A stretch of 44,717 nt of DNA from Candidatus Harrisonbacteria bacterium (GCA_023245035.1 JAHFLD010000001.1:149285-194001), one strand, 5' to 3'; shown: positions 9,550 through 20,316, counted from the first letter of the stretch. Notes: generated by a model not told the origin, from the letters alone. A program made the numbers and translations.

Positions 9550-10497
9550 ATGAATCAAAAAGAAACCACCTGCGGTATTTGTCATCGCCAAACAATTTTG
9601 TTTTATAAAGAAACCCATCAAAGCCACACTCTTTGGGAGTGTAGTCTATGCTCTGGTCAATTTTGGGATCCAATGAAAAACCCCGGCAGTGAATGGTACG
9701 AAAAAGATGAACGCTATTCTAGTCGCAATCAAAACCTGCGCGCCAAGCCAGAGCGTAACCATCGGGAATTTTTAAGCGACCTACCGCGCGTTGGAGGCAA
9801 GGTACTCGATATTGGCATGGGAACCGGTAATTTCTTATCCGCCGCCAAAGCCAGCGGTTATGACTGTTATGGCATAGATTTTGATCGCGACGCCATAGCC
9901 GCCGCCCGGACTGGACTCGGTTTGTCGAATGTTTACCCACTCTCACTCGCGGCCGCTAGTCAAAAATTCGGTTCGGGATTTTTCAATGTCGTAACTCTGT
10001 TTGAGGTGCTGGAGCATTTGGAAAATCCTGAGGATGTCTTGCGTTTGATTAATGACTTATTAAATGAAAAGGGAGTCGTCGCCATCAGTGTCCCACATCG
10101 TAATTGTCCAGCTTATCTCAAGCCCCACGATCTTCCTCCGCGTCACCTGACTCGCTGGAACGAAGCTTCTCTAACCAAAATCCTTAATCGTTGCGGTTTT
10201 GCGGTGATTCGTCTAAAAGCGCTTAAAATTCCCCTAAGTTATCTCATCACTAAATTTCACTTTTGGTCCCGTGGCGTGACTAGTTTTAATCTGGTAAAAA
10301 AAATGACACCGACCGGTCCCGCCAAAAAAAATATTCTCAGAAAAGTTATCTATGGAATCTTGCCAACCGTCGCTCGCGCCAAGGATTGGCTGCTCTTTGG
10401 CTTGCCGGCGTTTGTGCTTTGGATTTACGTTCTGCTTCGCGGTTATCGTCTTGGGCTTTATGTTCTCGCCGAAAGAAATAAAACTGCCACCAAATAA
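9550..10497 (+). CDS. class I SAM-dependent methyltransferase with N-terminal Cys4 zinc-ribbon and C-terminal membrane segment
   Basis: Contains CGIC...CSLC, then the SAM motif I VLDIGMGTGNF and a hydrophobic C-terminus. Confidence 0.75.
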   Translation: MNQKETTCGICHRQTILFYKETHQSHTLWECSLCSGQFWDPMKNPGSEWYEKDERYSSRNQNLRAKPERNHREFLSDLPRVGGKVLDIGMGTGNFLSAAKASGYDCYGIDFDRDAIAAARTGLGLSNVYPLSLAAASQKFGSGFFNVVTLFEVLEHLENPEDVLRLINDLLNEKGVVAISVPHRNCPAYLKPHDLPPRHLTRWNEASLTKILNRCGFAVIRLKALKIPLSYLITKFHFWSRGVTSFNLVKKMTPTGPAKKNILRKVIYGILPTVARAKDWLLFGLPAFVLWIYVLLRGYRLGLYVLAERNKTATK

Positions 10498-10567
10498 TAT
10501 TTTTTTGGCCGCATTTACAAAGGGCTTTGGTTCATATAACATCAAAATCTAACCCTTTAAAAATCTT

Positions 10568-12847
10568 ATGAACACCAAAATATTGACCGCGATTTACGTC
10601 AAAAGCGTCAAAGCTATCTTACTCGCAATTCCGGTCCTCACGCTCTTTATTTCCAACTCCATGTTCTTCCCCTACATCACGGGAAGAAACTTCGGTTTTC
10701 GCCTGATGATTGAATTCGCGCTGGTACTCTGGGCTGGACTCCTTGCTTTGCGCAAAGAATATCGCCCCAAAAAGGGGATTGTCCTCTATGCCGTCCTGGC
10801 TTTTACCGCTGTAATCGGCCTCGCCGATCTGTTTGGGGTTAATCCATATTTAAGCTTTTGGTCTCGCTATGAACGCATGGAAGGATACATGCTTATTTTG
10901 CACTTAGCGGCCTACTTTATAATGCTCACGACCGTCATGAAAACGCGTCGCGATTGGAAAAAAGTCTTTGGCTTCTATATCGTAATTGGCGTCATTGTCG
11001 GCATCTACGGTCTTCTCCAGATAACCATCAATCGCAGTACTTTACAGGCCGAAGGTATTTTTAAAGGACTGGTAAAACTCCTTGGCGTGCGTCCCGCCTT
11101 GCAAGGCGGTCAGCGCATCGACGGCACCATCGGCAATCCAACCTATCTCGCCGCCTATCTCTTAATGTTGGTCTTCGTTAGTTTGAGTTTTTTCACGAAA
11201 GCTATCTCCAAAATCGGACGCTGGCTCTACGGCATCTCGGCTTTGTTTTTCGCCGTGCTGATCTTTTTGAGCGCCACCCGCGGCGCTTTGCTCGCCCTCG
11301 GTCTATCCGCTGTTCTGATGCCGATTTTCTATCTTGTTATTTCTCGGGGCGACAATAAGCCAGAAAAAAAGTGGCGAAAAATCGCCGTTGGCATCATCGT
11401 CCTTACGGCCCTCTCGGGTAGTAGCTTTTGGGCCTTCCGCGGAACGGCCTTAGTCAAAAACAATTATGTTCTCTCACGTCTTGCCAACATCTCGTTAACC
11501 GAAAAAACCACCCGTTCGCGTTTTATGGTTTGGAATATAAGCTTACAGGGATTTAAGGAGCATCCAATTTTGGGATGGGGACAGGAAAATTATACCGGCG
11601 TCTTTGCTAAATATTACAACCCCAAGCTCTTTGATCAAGAGCCGTGGTTTGATCGTTCACACAATATTGCCCTGGATTGGTTGGTGAGTGGCGGTATTCT
11701 TGGGCTCCTGGCCTATCTGGGATTGTTTGCTTCGGCTGTCTATGTTTTGTGGCGCCTCGTTCGAGCTAAAAAAATTGACGCCAAAGAAGGCGCGGTTTTA
11801 GCCGTCGGACTCATCGCCTACTTTTTCCAGAATTTTTTCGTTTTTGACAACCTAGCGACCTACATCACATTTTTCGGAATCTTAGCCTACATTAACACCT
11901 CCGGAGAATTGGCTACAGAAGAAGTCGCCATCTCTACGAGCAAAGACACCGCGTCATCGCGATCACTTTTGGTGGCTGGTGGCGCCTTACTGGTTTTGTC
12001 CTACGTTGCCTACGCTGGAAATATTAAACCAATTATGGAATCCCGCGATCTAATCGGCATTTTGGCGACCCTCGGGAGCAATTCACCGGATGCCGTCTCT
12101 GCCAAGTTTAAAAATGTTTTGAACTACAACACTTTTGGCAACGCCGAAGTTTTGGAGCAATTTGGACGTTTGGGTATTGATTTGATTCCAACCGACAAAA
12201 TTCCGCCGGCTGCGAAGGTTGGCTATGTCAATACCGCGGTCGAAGCCATGGAACGTCACCTGGAGCGCTTCCCACTAGATATCAGAATGCGTATGGCCAT
12301 TATCACTCTCTATAATCGCTCCGCGAGTCTTAATCCAAATTTTGTCGGCAAAGCGCGGAGGCATGCTGATGAAGCAATACGTCAAGGTCCCAATCGCCAG
12401 CAAGCCTACTTCGCCTCCGCGGAAAATTATCTTTTGATTGGCAATTTCGATGCCGCTATTAAAGACTTAAAAACAGCTATAAATCTTGAACCTCGCTACG
12501 CCGATGCCCATTTAAACCTGGCAATTATTGCCGCTAATATTGGACGCGAGGATCTGGCCGATGAAGCTCTTGCTAGCCTCCTTAAAATTAATCCGGGAAG
12601 TGGCAATGCCTATGTTCGCATCGGCACCATTTATCTTCGCACCGGAAAAAATGATCGGGCCTTCGCGATGTATAAAAAAGCCCTGGAGATAGAGCCAAAC
12701 AATCCGGAGTTTCACGCCAACGCCGCCGCCTTCTACATCCAGCGCGGTGAAAAGCAAAAGGCCATTGCCGAGGCCAGAAAAGCCGCCGAGCTGGATCCGC
12801 TAAACTACGGCCCCAAAGCCGAAGAGTTTATCAAGTCTTTAAAATAG
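10568..12847 (+). CDS. O-antigen ligase-like (Wzy_C) polytopic membrane protein with C-terminal TPR repeats
   Basis: Multiple TM segments, SATRGALLAL in a periplasmic-loop-like region, and at least four TPR-like repeats in the last approximately 200 aa. Confidence 0.75.
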   Translation: MNTKILTAIYVKSVKAILLAIPVLTLFISNSMFFPYITGRNFGFRLMIEFALVLWAGLLALRKEYRPKKGIVLYAVLAFTAVIGLADLFGVNPYLSFWSRYERMEGYMLILHLAAYFIMLTTVMKTRRDWKKVFGFYIVIGVIVGIYGLLQITINRSTLQAEGIFKGLVKLLGVRPALQGGQRIDGTIGNPTYLAAYLLMLVFVSLSFFTKAISKIGRWLYGISALFFAVLIFLSATRGALLALGLSAVLMPIFYLVISRGDNKPEKKWRKIAVGIIVLTALSGSSFWAFRGTALVKNNYVLSRLANISLTEKTTRSRFMVWNISLQGFKEHPILGWGQENYTGVFAKYYNPKLFDQEPWFDRSHNIALDWLVSGGILGLLAYLGLFASAVYVLWRLVRAKKIDAKEGAVLAVGLIAYFFQNFFVFDNLATYITFFGILAYINTSGELATEEVAISTSKDTASSRSLLVAGGALLVLSYVAYAGNIKPIMESRDLIGILATLGSNSPDAVSAKFKNVLNYNTFGNAEVLEQFGRLGIDLIPTDKIPPAAKVGYVNTAVEAMERHLERFPLDIRMRMAIITLYNRSASLNPNFVGKARRHADEAIRQGPNRQQAYFASAENYLLIGNFDAAIKDLKTAINLEPRYADAHLNLAIIAANIGREDLADEALASLLKINPGSGNAYVRIGTIYLRTGKNDRAFAMYKKALEIEPNNPEFHANAAAFYIQRGEKQKAIAEARKAAELDPLNYGPKAEEFIKSLK

Positions 12848-12853
12848 ACCGGC

Positions 12854-14629
12854 TCAAAATTCGTCGTTATAGATCTCAAAAGCCGTAGCCCCAGAAGGCG
12901 CGGCAATTATCTTCAGCGCCGCGCCCCCCGCCGCGAAATCCCGCTTGAGCCGAAGCGTGGCTTCAGTATTCTGTCCATCGGCGTTAAGCAAGACTTGAGT
13001 TCCCGAAAATACTCCATAGATTTTTTTAAAGCCCAGTTTCTTAAAATAATTCTCGCCCTGTTTTTTGAGCAACTCGTCATAGTCGGCTGTGGAAATAATC
13101 GGCCAACCTTCGTAAAAGAAGTGTCGGTCCAAAACCCAGAGCCGCGCTAAATCAAACAGCGACTCGTCGTAGATAACCAGTATCGGGTAGGGAGTCGCCC
13201 CGCCTTTGCGCGCCGCCTCAAGTGACTCAACCTGCAACTTCCGCAAAAAGCCATAGTTTTTGGTGAAGCTCCACGCCGGAACCCTGCCCTTAAATTCGGC
13301 CGAAAAAAAATCATCCAGCTTCGCGTAACCCCACCGGTAATTTTCCGCCCGCACCGGCGACGCTAAGAAAATTTCCGAACCGATAGCTCTCGGCAACAAC
13401 TGATTATTAATCGAATAAAAAAGTTCAAAACCCAAACCCAGCGCTACGCCAAATACGGCGATCTTTCCTCGATGCCTGATCAAAGAATCGGCCAGGACTC
13501 CGGCGCCAAGCGCCAAAAAAGGCGTTAGCATGGTCAAAAATCTAAACGACGGCCCGACGAGCAGGATTAATCCACAAAGCGCAACCAGAGAGATGATTAA
13601 GAAACCATAACTCCGCCAAACATCAGCCGGCTTTTTCAAAAAATTTCTTGCTGCGGCAAAAACCGCCAAGGCAAAAAAACTAAGCAATAACCAGGAGTTA
13701 CTACTTAAAAGACGCGGTAAAAAATCGCTTAAACGCTGATTAAGTGTGCCAATATCTTTTCCCGGATAACTTTGCCAAATCTCCGGATGTTGGCCAAAAA
13801 TGTAGGAGAACTGAAAATCAAAATGCCCCACGGCGCGATACAAGCCGATGTTGTAAAGAATGATCGGACTAAAAAGCAAAAGCGCGACTCCTCCTCCGGC
13901 CCACAACTTCCAATTGCGAAAAATCCTCCGTTCAAAACACAGCGCGTAAATTATCAAAATCGGCGCCACGATAAAACTGGTGTATTTCGCTAGCAACCCC
14001 AGACCCAATGCCACGCCGGAAATTAAATAATAAAAATCTTTTTCGCGCGCCTTCAAAAAACAATAAATAGTCAGCAAAACAAAAAAGATTACGTAAGACT
14101 CCTGCAACCCCACGCGCGAAATATAAACATGATTGAGCGTGAGTCCAAGTATTGCCGCCGCAAGCAACCCAGTTCGCCTCCCAAAAAGAATCTTGCCGAT
14201 TCCATAAAGTACCAAGATGGAGCCAAGGCCAAAAATCGCCGACGGCAATCGAAAAGCCCACGGCCTTTCGCCAAGAATCCGCATAAAAAAATGCTGTATC
14301 CAGAAAACCAGCGGGGGATGGTCGTGAAACGAAAGCGGCAGCCACCAGGCATTTTTAACCGCGTTGTGCCTGATTAAGGCTTTCGTCTCGCAGATTGCTT
14401 CGGGTTTATCCGTGGCGCAAGATTCAAACGGCACCGGATCTGCCCACTCAACCGGCGTCGTCTGCTCGTCGGATTTCAAATAGTCCACCATCCCGATCGC
14501 CCGAAAGGCGATCGCCGCCTCATCGTTCACGGTGTCGCCTTGAGAAAGTCCGTATATCCGCAAAAAAACCACAACCGCGGTAACCAATACAATCCAGAAA
14601 AAATTGTTTTTTGTAAATAAGTTATGCAC
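12854..14629 (-). CDS. GT-C glycosyltransferase, family 39 / PMT_2 (ArnT-like)
   Basis: GTG start, N-terminal TM followed by a DE motif (VNDEAAIAFRA), and about 10 TM segments. Convergent with 10568-12847, with a 6-nt gap. Confidence 0.75.
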   Translation of the reverse strand: MHNLFTKNNFFWIVLVTAVVVFLRIYGLSQGDTVNDEAAIAFRAIGMVDYLKSDEQTTPVEWADPVPFESCATDKPEAICETKALIRHNAVKNAWWLPLSFHDHPPLVFWIQHFFMRILGERPWAFRLPSAIFGLGSILVLYGIGKILFGRRTGLLAAAILGLTLNHVYISRVGLQESYVIFFVLLTIYCFLKAREKDFYYLISGVALGLGLLAKYTSFIVAPILIIYALCFERRIFRNWKLWAGGGVALLLFSPIILYNIGLYRAVGHFDFQFSYIFGQHPEIWQSYPGKDIGTLNQRLSDFLPRLLSSNSWLLLSFFALAVFAAARNFLKKPADVWRSYGFLIISLVALCGLILLVGPSFRFLTMLTPFLALGAGVLADSLIRHRGKIAVFGVALGLGFELFYSINNQLLPRAIGSEIFLASPVRAENYRWGYAKLDDFFSAEFKGRVPAWSFTKNYGFLRKLQVESLEAARKGGATPYPILVIYDESLFDLARLWVLDRHFFYEGWPIISTADYDELLKKQGENYFKKLGFKKIYGVFSGTQVLLNADGQNTEATLRLKRDFAAGGAALKIIAAPSGATAFEIYNDEF

Positions 14630-14641
14630 AGGGACAAAATT

Positions 14642-14670
14642 TTGATAGTGCTAGCATGAAAACATAATAT
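14642..14670 (+). promoter_or_regulatory. sigma70-like promoter (TTGATA-17-TAATAT)
   Basis: Hexamers at 14642-14647 and 14665-14670, upstream of the CDS at 14727. Confidence 0.5.
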
Positions 14671-14726
14671 AACTTCTTTTTAAAACGTCGCAATTTTTTG
14701 AGATTTCTTACTTGTTAAAAATTAGT

Positions 14727-15491
14727 ATGAAAAGATTTTTTAGACTTCGACAATGGATTGGCTACCTTGCTTCGGTTTTGGTTTCGGTTTTCGTGGTTGC
14801 GGGCTTGGTTTTAGCGGCAACTACTATTAATAACAACATCAGTACCGATGGAACTCTAAGCGTTTCAAGCACCGCCAGCATTACCGGACTTGGCACTTTT
14901 TCCGGTGGAATTCTAGTAAATAATTCTACCTCAACTATAACTAATCTCGTTACGTTGAATTCTACTTCTACAGCCGCTACAACCACTTCTTTTTATATCT
15001 CGGGTGGCTTTCAGGCAAACGGCGCCTCCTCCACTATTGTTAACTTGATGACGTTCAATGCCTCTTCAACTAACGCTACCACTACACAGTTTGCCATGAC
15101 TAATGGTGGAACCGCTATATTATCCATCACTCCAGATTCCGCCTCTACGACTGGCACCATTATTCGCCACGGCGGCGCGGCAACCTCAACCATTGTTAAT
15201 AGCTATATTAACGCTTTTTCTATCGCCACCGGAACCGTGGCGACGCCGGTATTTACCATTGACAGTACGGCTGGGGGGCGCGTTGGTATTGGAACTTCAT
15301 CGCCAACACAAACTCTTTCCATCAGCTCTCAATCATCAACGGCGACAACCAGTATCTCTCTTGATAGTTCTTCAAACAAATCCTGTATTCAATTAAAGAG
15401 CGCCACCGGAACACCCTATCGACTTTACATCAATGCCAGCAGTATTGGTAATACAGGCGGACTGGTCGTTGAACCAGGAACCTGCTTCTGA
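14727..15491 (+). CDS. secreted/anchored Ser/Thr-rich repeat protein
   Basis: ATG 14727 (MKRFFRLRQW plus a hydrophobic anchor). High S/T content, two approximately 29-aa internal repeats (nt 14925-15008 and 15024-15110), many N-x-S/T motifs, and a GRVGIGTSSPTQTLSI motif. Confidence 0.7.
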   Translation: MKRFFRLRQWIGYLASVLVSVFVVAGLVLAATTINNNISTDGTLSVSSTASITGLGTFSGGILVNNSTSTITNLVTLNSTSTAATTTSFYISGGFQANGASSTIVNLMTFNASSTNATTTQFAMTNGGTAILSITPDSASTTGTIIRHGGAATSTIVNSYINAFSIATGTVATPVFTIDSTAGGRVGIGTSSPTQTLSISSQSSTATTSISLDSSSNKSCIQLKSATGTPYRLYINASSIGNTGGLVVEPGTCF

Positions 15492-15518
15492 GGTTAATCC
15501 AAACACGTCATTGTTTTT

Positions 15519-16541
15519 ATGTCGAAATATCTAGCCATCGTTTTTGTAGTCCTTGCGCCGCTTGCGGTTCACGCAGCCTATAACGATACCATCGTAGCCG
15601 ACACCGTAAATGCCGTTTGGGACATCGGCGGCACTAATTTCACTTTTACGGTTCAAATTAACGCCCAACGGGAGATATTCGGACCATCTTCGGTGGAAAT
15701 ACAGCTCGCGGGCGGTGGTACCTCGCAAATTGAAATTAACTCAACCGACAAGAAAAATTTTAGCGTCCAAAGCAATGTTTCAAGCAACGATGCGAGCTAC
15801 ACCGAAACTTTTACCTGTGGTTCAGCCAGCTCAAATCTTTTCATCAAAAGAATATCTAGTAACACGAATGATCCAACCATAACCCTGACTATTACTCCAC
15901 AATCAGCATCTTGTTCAAGTAGTAGTGGTGGAGGCGGTGGAGGAGGCGGTGGTGGTGGGGGTAGTTCGTCTTATGTTGCGCCTTCGCCGACACCAGTAGC
16001 AACGACACCGGCATCCTCTGTCTTGGCCACGATTTCTAATACTGTCTCATCTTATCACTTCACCTTCGATCTTTTTCGGGGAAGCGCCGGCAAAGACATT
16101 CAAGACCTTCAAACCCTGTTGAAGCAAAAAGGATTTTTAAGCAAAGACATCTTAGTCAATGGATTATTTGGCCCCGCCACGGAAAAAGCAGTCAAGGCGC
16201 TTCAAAAAGCTAATAACTTACCGGCAGTTGGACGCATTGGTCCGGCAACTCGAGTTCTGTTAAATAGTGGAGTCATTAACGGCTTAACGCTAGCCACTCA
16301 ATCAGCCAATTCCTTATCTTTTATCAGCGATTTGGCTCGTGGCACCGAAAATGACGAGGTGAAAAAGTTGCAAGATTTTTTGAAAGATCAAGGTTTTATG
16401 TCCAAAACCATAACCACCAACGGCTTCTTTGGCCAACTAACAGAAGCCGCGGTTAAGTCCATGCAAAAAGCCAAGAATCTTCCCGTGGTTGGCCGAGTTG
16501 GACCAGCCACCCGAGCAATCTTGAATCAAATGGTAAAATAA
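15519..16541 (+). CDS. secreted protein with Gly12 linker and two peptidoglycan-binding (PG_binding_1-like) domains
   Basis: Signal peptide (LAVHA/AY), a Gly run encoded by mixed GGN codons (15927-15962), and a duplicated ...LQ..L...GF......NG.FGP.T..AVK..QKA.NLP.VGR.GPATR..L module. Confidence 0.8.
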   Translation: MSKYLAIVFVVLAPLAVHAAYNDTIVADTVNAVWDIGGTNFTFTVQINAQREIFGPSSVEIQLAGGGTSQIEINSTDKKNFSVQSNVSSNDASYTETFTCGSASSNLFIKRISSNTNDPTITLTITPQSASCSSSSGGGGGGGGGGGGSSSYVAPSPTPVATTPASSVLATISNTVSSYHFTFDLFRGSAGKDIQDLQTLLKQKGFLSKDILVNGLFGPATEKAVKALQKANNLPAVGRIGPATRVLLNSGVINGLTLATQSANSLSFISDLARGTENDEVKKLQDFLKDQGFMSKTITTNGFFGQLTEAAVKSMQKAKNLPVVGRVGPATRAILNQMVK

Positions 16542-16598
16542 AAAAGAAGCGGTGATTTAATAAGTATCTCTCGCGAGTCAAAACCCGAAAAAACAAAA

Positions 16599-16620
16599 GC
16601 CGCCCTAGCGGTTTTTGTTT
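16599..16620 (+). terminator. intrinsic terminator (weak stem)
   Basis: GCCGC / GCGGT stem with a 4-nt loop, followed by TTTTTGTTTTT. Confidence 0.5.
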
Positions 16621-16627
16621 TTCTCTG

Positions 16628-16698
16628 TCGGGCTGCTGGGAATCGAACCCAGACTACAAGACCCCCAGCCTTGCGTACTACCACTATACTACAGCCCG
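16628..16698 (-). tRNA. tRNA-Pro (anticodon GGG), CCA not encoded
   Basis: Hand-folded cloverleaf: acceptor CGGGCTG/CAGCCCG, D arm GTAT-AGTGGTA-GTAC, anticodon arm CAAGG-CTGGGGG-TCTTG, T arm CTGGG-TTCGATT-CCCAG, discriminator A. C1:G72 is typical of bacterial tRNA-Pro. Confidence 0.9.
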
Positions 16699-16812
16699 CT
16701 AAAATCTTTTGCTCTAAAAAATACTCGGGCAACCCGACCCACGTGTGCGGGTCTAGGGCTTAGCCCCTTCACTCAAGTGTATAGCCTATAGCAAATAATA
16801 CCTCAGGTAAAG

Positions 16813-16836
16813 AAAAAAGCCCCAGCGGGCTTTTTG
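16813..16836. terminator. bidirectional hairpin, terminator of rpmB
   Basis: AGCCC-CAGC-GGGCT hairpin flanked by an A-run and a T-run, directly after the rpmB stop on the minus strand. Confidence 0.65.
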
Positions 16837-16841
16837 GAAAA

Positions 16842-17042
16842 CTACTTTGCGACGACGACTCTGCTCTTCGCCGCGAGTCGCAAGCATTTTATACAAAGCA
16901 AGGCCCGCACTCCGCTGGCGAGCTTGGTCTTCTGCAGGTTGGGATATTTGCGGCTCCAGTTGGTGGGATTATAATGACCGCGAAGCAACTTGCGCGTGCC
17001 GGCCATCAGCGATCCCTTACCGCAATGTTCACACTGTTTCAT
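16842..17042 (-). CDS. rpmB: 50S ribosomal protein L28
   Basis: MKQCEHCGKGSLMAGTRKLLRGHYNPTNWSRKYPNLQK...CIKCLR fits the L28 pattern (C..GK....G...(S/G)H......R...PNLQ). ATG at 17042. The track ORF start at 17132 is an upstream extension. Confidence 0.85.
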   Translation of the reverse strand: MKQCEHCGKGSLMAGTRKLLRGHYNPTNWSRKYPNLQKTKLASGVRALLCIKCLRLAAKSRVVVAK

Positions 17043-17281
17043 AGGGGATGAGTATAAATGATCGGGCCTAAAACCGCAAGTCGCCAGCATTCCGGTATAA
17101 GGTATATAGTAATAACAAGAACCAATTCTCAATGACCAGCTCCTGCCTGCCGGTAGTCGGATCTAATCAATAAGTAATGACCAAAGATTCTGATCGGCAA
17201 TATCTTTTTATTGAGGCATTCTTTTATTGTGATTTGATTAGTTATTAGAAATTGGTAATTTCCCAGTCTCAACCCCATTTC

Positions 17282-19006
17282 ATGTCCGACAACATCCAAC
17301 AGATCAAAGACAAATTGCCGGTTGTTGAATTTCTCCGCGGCTATCTTAAACTCACTCCCGCCGGAAAAAATTTTAAGGCCAACTGCCCTTTTCACCACGA
17401 AAAAACCCCGTCCTTTATCGTCTCGCCCGATCGGGGAAGCTGGCATTGTTTCGGTTGCAACATCGGCGGCGACATTTTTAGCTTCTTCATGAAGTATGAA
17501 AACGCCGAATTTTTTGAAGCCCTCAAAGCGCTGGCGGAAAAAGCCGGCGTCACCCTGGAACACACGAGTAACAGCGGCGAAAGAAAATTAACCGTCCTCT
17601 ACGACATCAATCGGGCCGCCGCGGATTTTTTTGTCCGCTACTTAATCGATCGCAACCCCCACTCGGACGCGGCGCGGCAATATCTCGCGGAGCGAGGCCT
17701 GGAGCCGGCAACGATGAAAACTTTTGAAATCGGCTTGGCGCCCCCGCAATCCGACGCCGCCGTTCAATTTTTAGCCAAAGCCGGTTATACCGTATCCGAC
17801 ATTGAACGCGCCGGACTGGCCTTTAAAACCGAACGTGGCACCTATTGGGATCGCTTTCGTGGGCGGATTATGTTTCCTATCAAGAATCACTTTGGCAAAC
17901 ACGTCGCCTTCACCGGAAGACTGATGCCTAACGCCGACGCGACCAACACCGGCAAGTACGTCAATTCTCCGGAAACTCCGGTTTTCAGCAAGTCCAAAAC
18001 CCTCTACGGTTTTTGGGAAACCAAAAACGCCATTCGCGAAGCGGGGAACGCGGTGCTCGTCGAAGGCCAGATGGATTTTCTGATGAGCTGGCAGGACGGA
18101 GTCAAAAATGTTGTCGCCACCTCGGGAACCGCTTTCACCGGAGAACACGCCAAAACCCTGGAGCGCCTCACCGACACCGTGATTTTAGGTTTTGACGCCG
18201 ACTCTGCCGGCGAAGCCGCTTCGGAAAAAGTTATTGATTTGCTCTCGGCGATGGATTTGAATGTTCGGGTTATTGCCTTGGGTGAAGACGGCGCCAAAGA
18301 TCCGGCGGACATCGTCAAAGATCATCCGGGGAAGTTTAAGAAGCTTATCGCCGAAGCTATTCCGGCCATGCAGTATTATTTTGCCAAATATTATCTGGCG
18401 GAAAATAAAGACCACGTGGTGCGCAAACGCGGTCTGCGGGTCATCTTAACCAAGTTAGCGACTATCAAGAGTCGAGTAGAGATAGCCGGTTGGTTGCGCG
18501 AATTATCTCGCCTCACCGGTCTCTCGGAGCGGGTGTTGGAAGAAGAAATGCGGCAATTGCCGACTCGCCCGATTATCACGGCCTCCGTGATTCCCCCCGC
18601 GGTTAAAAAAGAAAAAAACGCCGGCACTCGCCTGGAGTCAATTATTGAACGAGTCATAACTCTCGGGATTGGCAATCCAAATTTTCAAGAGATTCTCCTT
18701 AAAAGTCCGCATCTCTTCACCGAGCGCCAACTGGCCATGATTGGCGCGCCGGACAAACTTGATGAAAACGATCAGCGTGAACGCGAACTGACAATCCTCA
18801 AGCGAAGTCTGGAAAATCAGAGCGATAAAGACAACCAAGCCGAGTTTTTAGAACTGGTCAAAGAAATGAAACGCGAATACCTGCGACAAAAGAAGGATGT
18901 TCTGCAATACGAGATCCATCAAGCCGAGGTAAGCGGTGACAAGGAAAAAATGGCCTCTTTGCTTAAACAATTTGACGAAGCGGTTAAGGAAATGCACAAT
19001 GTCTAG
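17282..19006 (+). CDS. dnaG: DNA primase
   Basis: CHC2 zinc finger [25 protein letters not shown], and TOPRIM motifs ([17 protein letters not shown]). ATG at 17282. Confidence 0.95.
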   Translation: MSDNIQQIKDKLPVVEFLRGYLKLTPAGKNFKANCPFHHEKTPSFIVSPDRGSWHCFGCNIGGDIFSFFMKYENAEFFEALKALAEKAGVTLEHTSNSGERKLTVLYDINRAAADFFVRYLIDRNPHSDAARQYLAERGLEPATMKTFEIGLAPPQSDAAVQFLAKAGYTVSDIERAGLAFKTERGTYWDRFRGRIMFPIKNHFGKHVAFTGRLMPNADATNTGKYVNSPETPVFSKSKTLYGFWETKNAIREAGNAVLVEGQMDFLMSWQDGVKNVVATSGTAFTGEHAKTLERLTDTVILGFDADSAGEAASEKVIDLLSAMDLNVRVIALGEDGAKDPADIVKDHPGKFKKLIAEAIPAMQYYFAKYYLAENKDHVVRKRGLRVILTKLATIKSRVEIAGWLRELSRLTGLSERVLEEEMRQLPTRPIITASVIPPAVKKEKNAGTRLESIIERVITLGIGNPNFQEILLKSPHLFTERQLAMIGAPDKLDENDQRERELTILKRSLENQSDKDNQAEFLELVKEMKREYLRQKKDVLQYEIHQAEVSGDKEKMASLLKQFDEAVKEMHNV

Positions 19007-19071
19007 TACTACTGTCTCCCGAGCGGTTTCGACCCTGCGCCCCTATCCTTAACCCTATAAATCATTATTCT

Positions 19072-20271
19072 ATGCCCAAGCAAAAAACATCCAGCAAGAA
19101 GGTTAAGAAAAACATTGCGGCCAAAGGAAAGAAAACCGCTCCTGCCGGCAAAAATCAGAAAAAAAGACTCACTAAGCAGGAAAAACTTCGTGGCGTAAAT
19201 CTGGCCTCGCTCGGCGAATTGATTGATCGCGGCCGCAGTCGCGGTTTTGTAACCGACACCGAAGTTCTTCATTACTTTCCGCACATTGAAGACAACTTAA
19301 GCTTTTTGGAAGAAATCTACGAACGTCTGGAAACCGCCAGCGTTCGCGTGGTGGAAACCAGCCAGCTCATTGACGTTGGGGGCAAGGAAGAAATCAGCGA
19401 GAAAGAACTGCGCAACGTCGGCAAGTTCAGTTTTGGCGAAGAGCTTCCGGATGGCGTGCAAATGTATCTCAAAGAAATCGGCAAGACACCGCTTCTAACC
19501 ACCGCCGAAGAAAAAGAGCTTGCCAAGCGGGTGGAAAAAGGCGACGAAGAAGCCCGTCAGCGATTCGTTAAAGCCAATCTGCGTCTCGTGGTCTCCATTG
19601 CCAAACGCTACGTCAACCGCACTCCCAATCTCGGCATTTTAGACTTGGTGCAAGAGGGCAACATCGGACTCTCGCGCGCCGTGGATAAGTTTGATTATCG
19701 CAAAGGGTTCAAATTTTCTACTTACGCCACTTGGTGGATTAGACAAGCCATCACCCGCGCCTTAGCCGACCAGTCGCGCACCATCCGCATTCCGGTTCAC
19801 ATGGTGGAAACCATTTCCAAATATACCCAGGCCAAACGCCGACTCTTGCAAGAGCTTGGCCGCGAACCCTTGGCCGAAGAAATTGCCATCGAAATGAACC
19901 TGCCGGTCGCCAAAATCCATCACATTCAAAAAATTTCGCAAGAAGTCGTTTCGCTGGAATCTCCGGTCGGCGACAGCGATGAAGATTCCACACTCTCCGA
20001 ATTCATTCCCGACGAAAAAAATCTCTCTCCGGCCCAGCTCGCCTCCCGCGCGCTTCTGCGCGAACGGATTCAGGAGATTTTGGTTGATCTGCCGCCCCGC
20101 GAGCAAAAGATTTTAGAGCTTCGCTTTGGCTTGGAAGATGGCAACACTCACACCCTGGAAGAAGTCGGCAAGGAGTTCGGCGTTACCCGCGAACGCATTC
20201 GTCAAATCGAGGCCAAGGCGCTCGCCAAAATCCGCGAACACGGCAAATCCCAAATGTTGGAGGGGTCGTAA
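19072..20271 (+). CDS. rpoD: RNA polymerase primary sigma factor (sigma-70 family)
   Basis: Region 2 ([13 protein letters not shown]), regions 3/4 ([24 protein letters not shown]), and the dnaG-rpoD arrangement. Confidence 0.95.
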   Translation: MPKQKTSSKKVKKNIAAKGKKTAPAGKNQKKRLTKQEKLRGVNLASLGELIDRGRSRGFVTDTEVLHYFPHIEDNLSFLEEIYERLETASVRVVETSQLIDVGGKEEISEKELRNVGKFSFGEELPDGVQMYLKEIGKTPLLTTAEEKELAKRVEKGDEEARQRFVKANLRLVVSIAKRYVNRTPNLGILDLVQEGNIGLSRAVDKFDYRKGFKFSTYATWWIRQAITRALADQSRTIRIPVHMVETISKYTQAKRRLLQELGREPLAEEIAIEMNLPVAKIHHIQKISQEVVSLESPVGDSDEDSTLSEFIPDEKNLSPAQLASRALLRERIQEILVDLPPREQKILELRFGLEDGNTHTLEEVGKEFGVTRERIRQIEAKALAKIREHGKSQMLEGS

Positions 20272-20316
20272 AATTAGGGCTTAGAACACAGCGTTTAGCG
20301 TTCTGATGCTTAAAAG

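Noticed and set aside
15927-15962. Gly-run codons as a slipped-strand phase-variation tract
   Set aside because: The run is encoded by mixed GGT/GGA/GGC/GGG codons, not a perfect mono- or trinucleotide repeat. Any 3-nt slippage would stay in frame.
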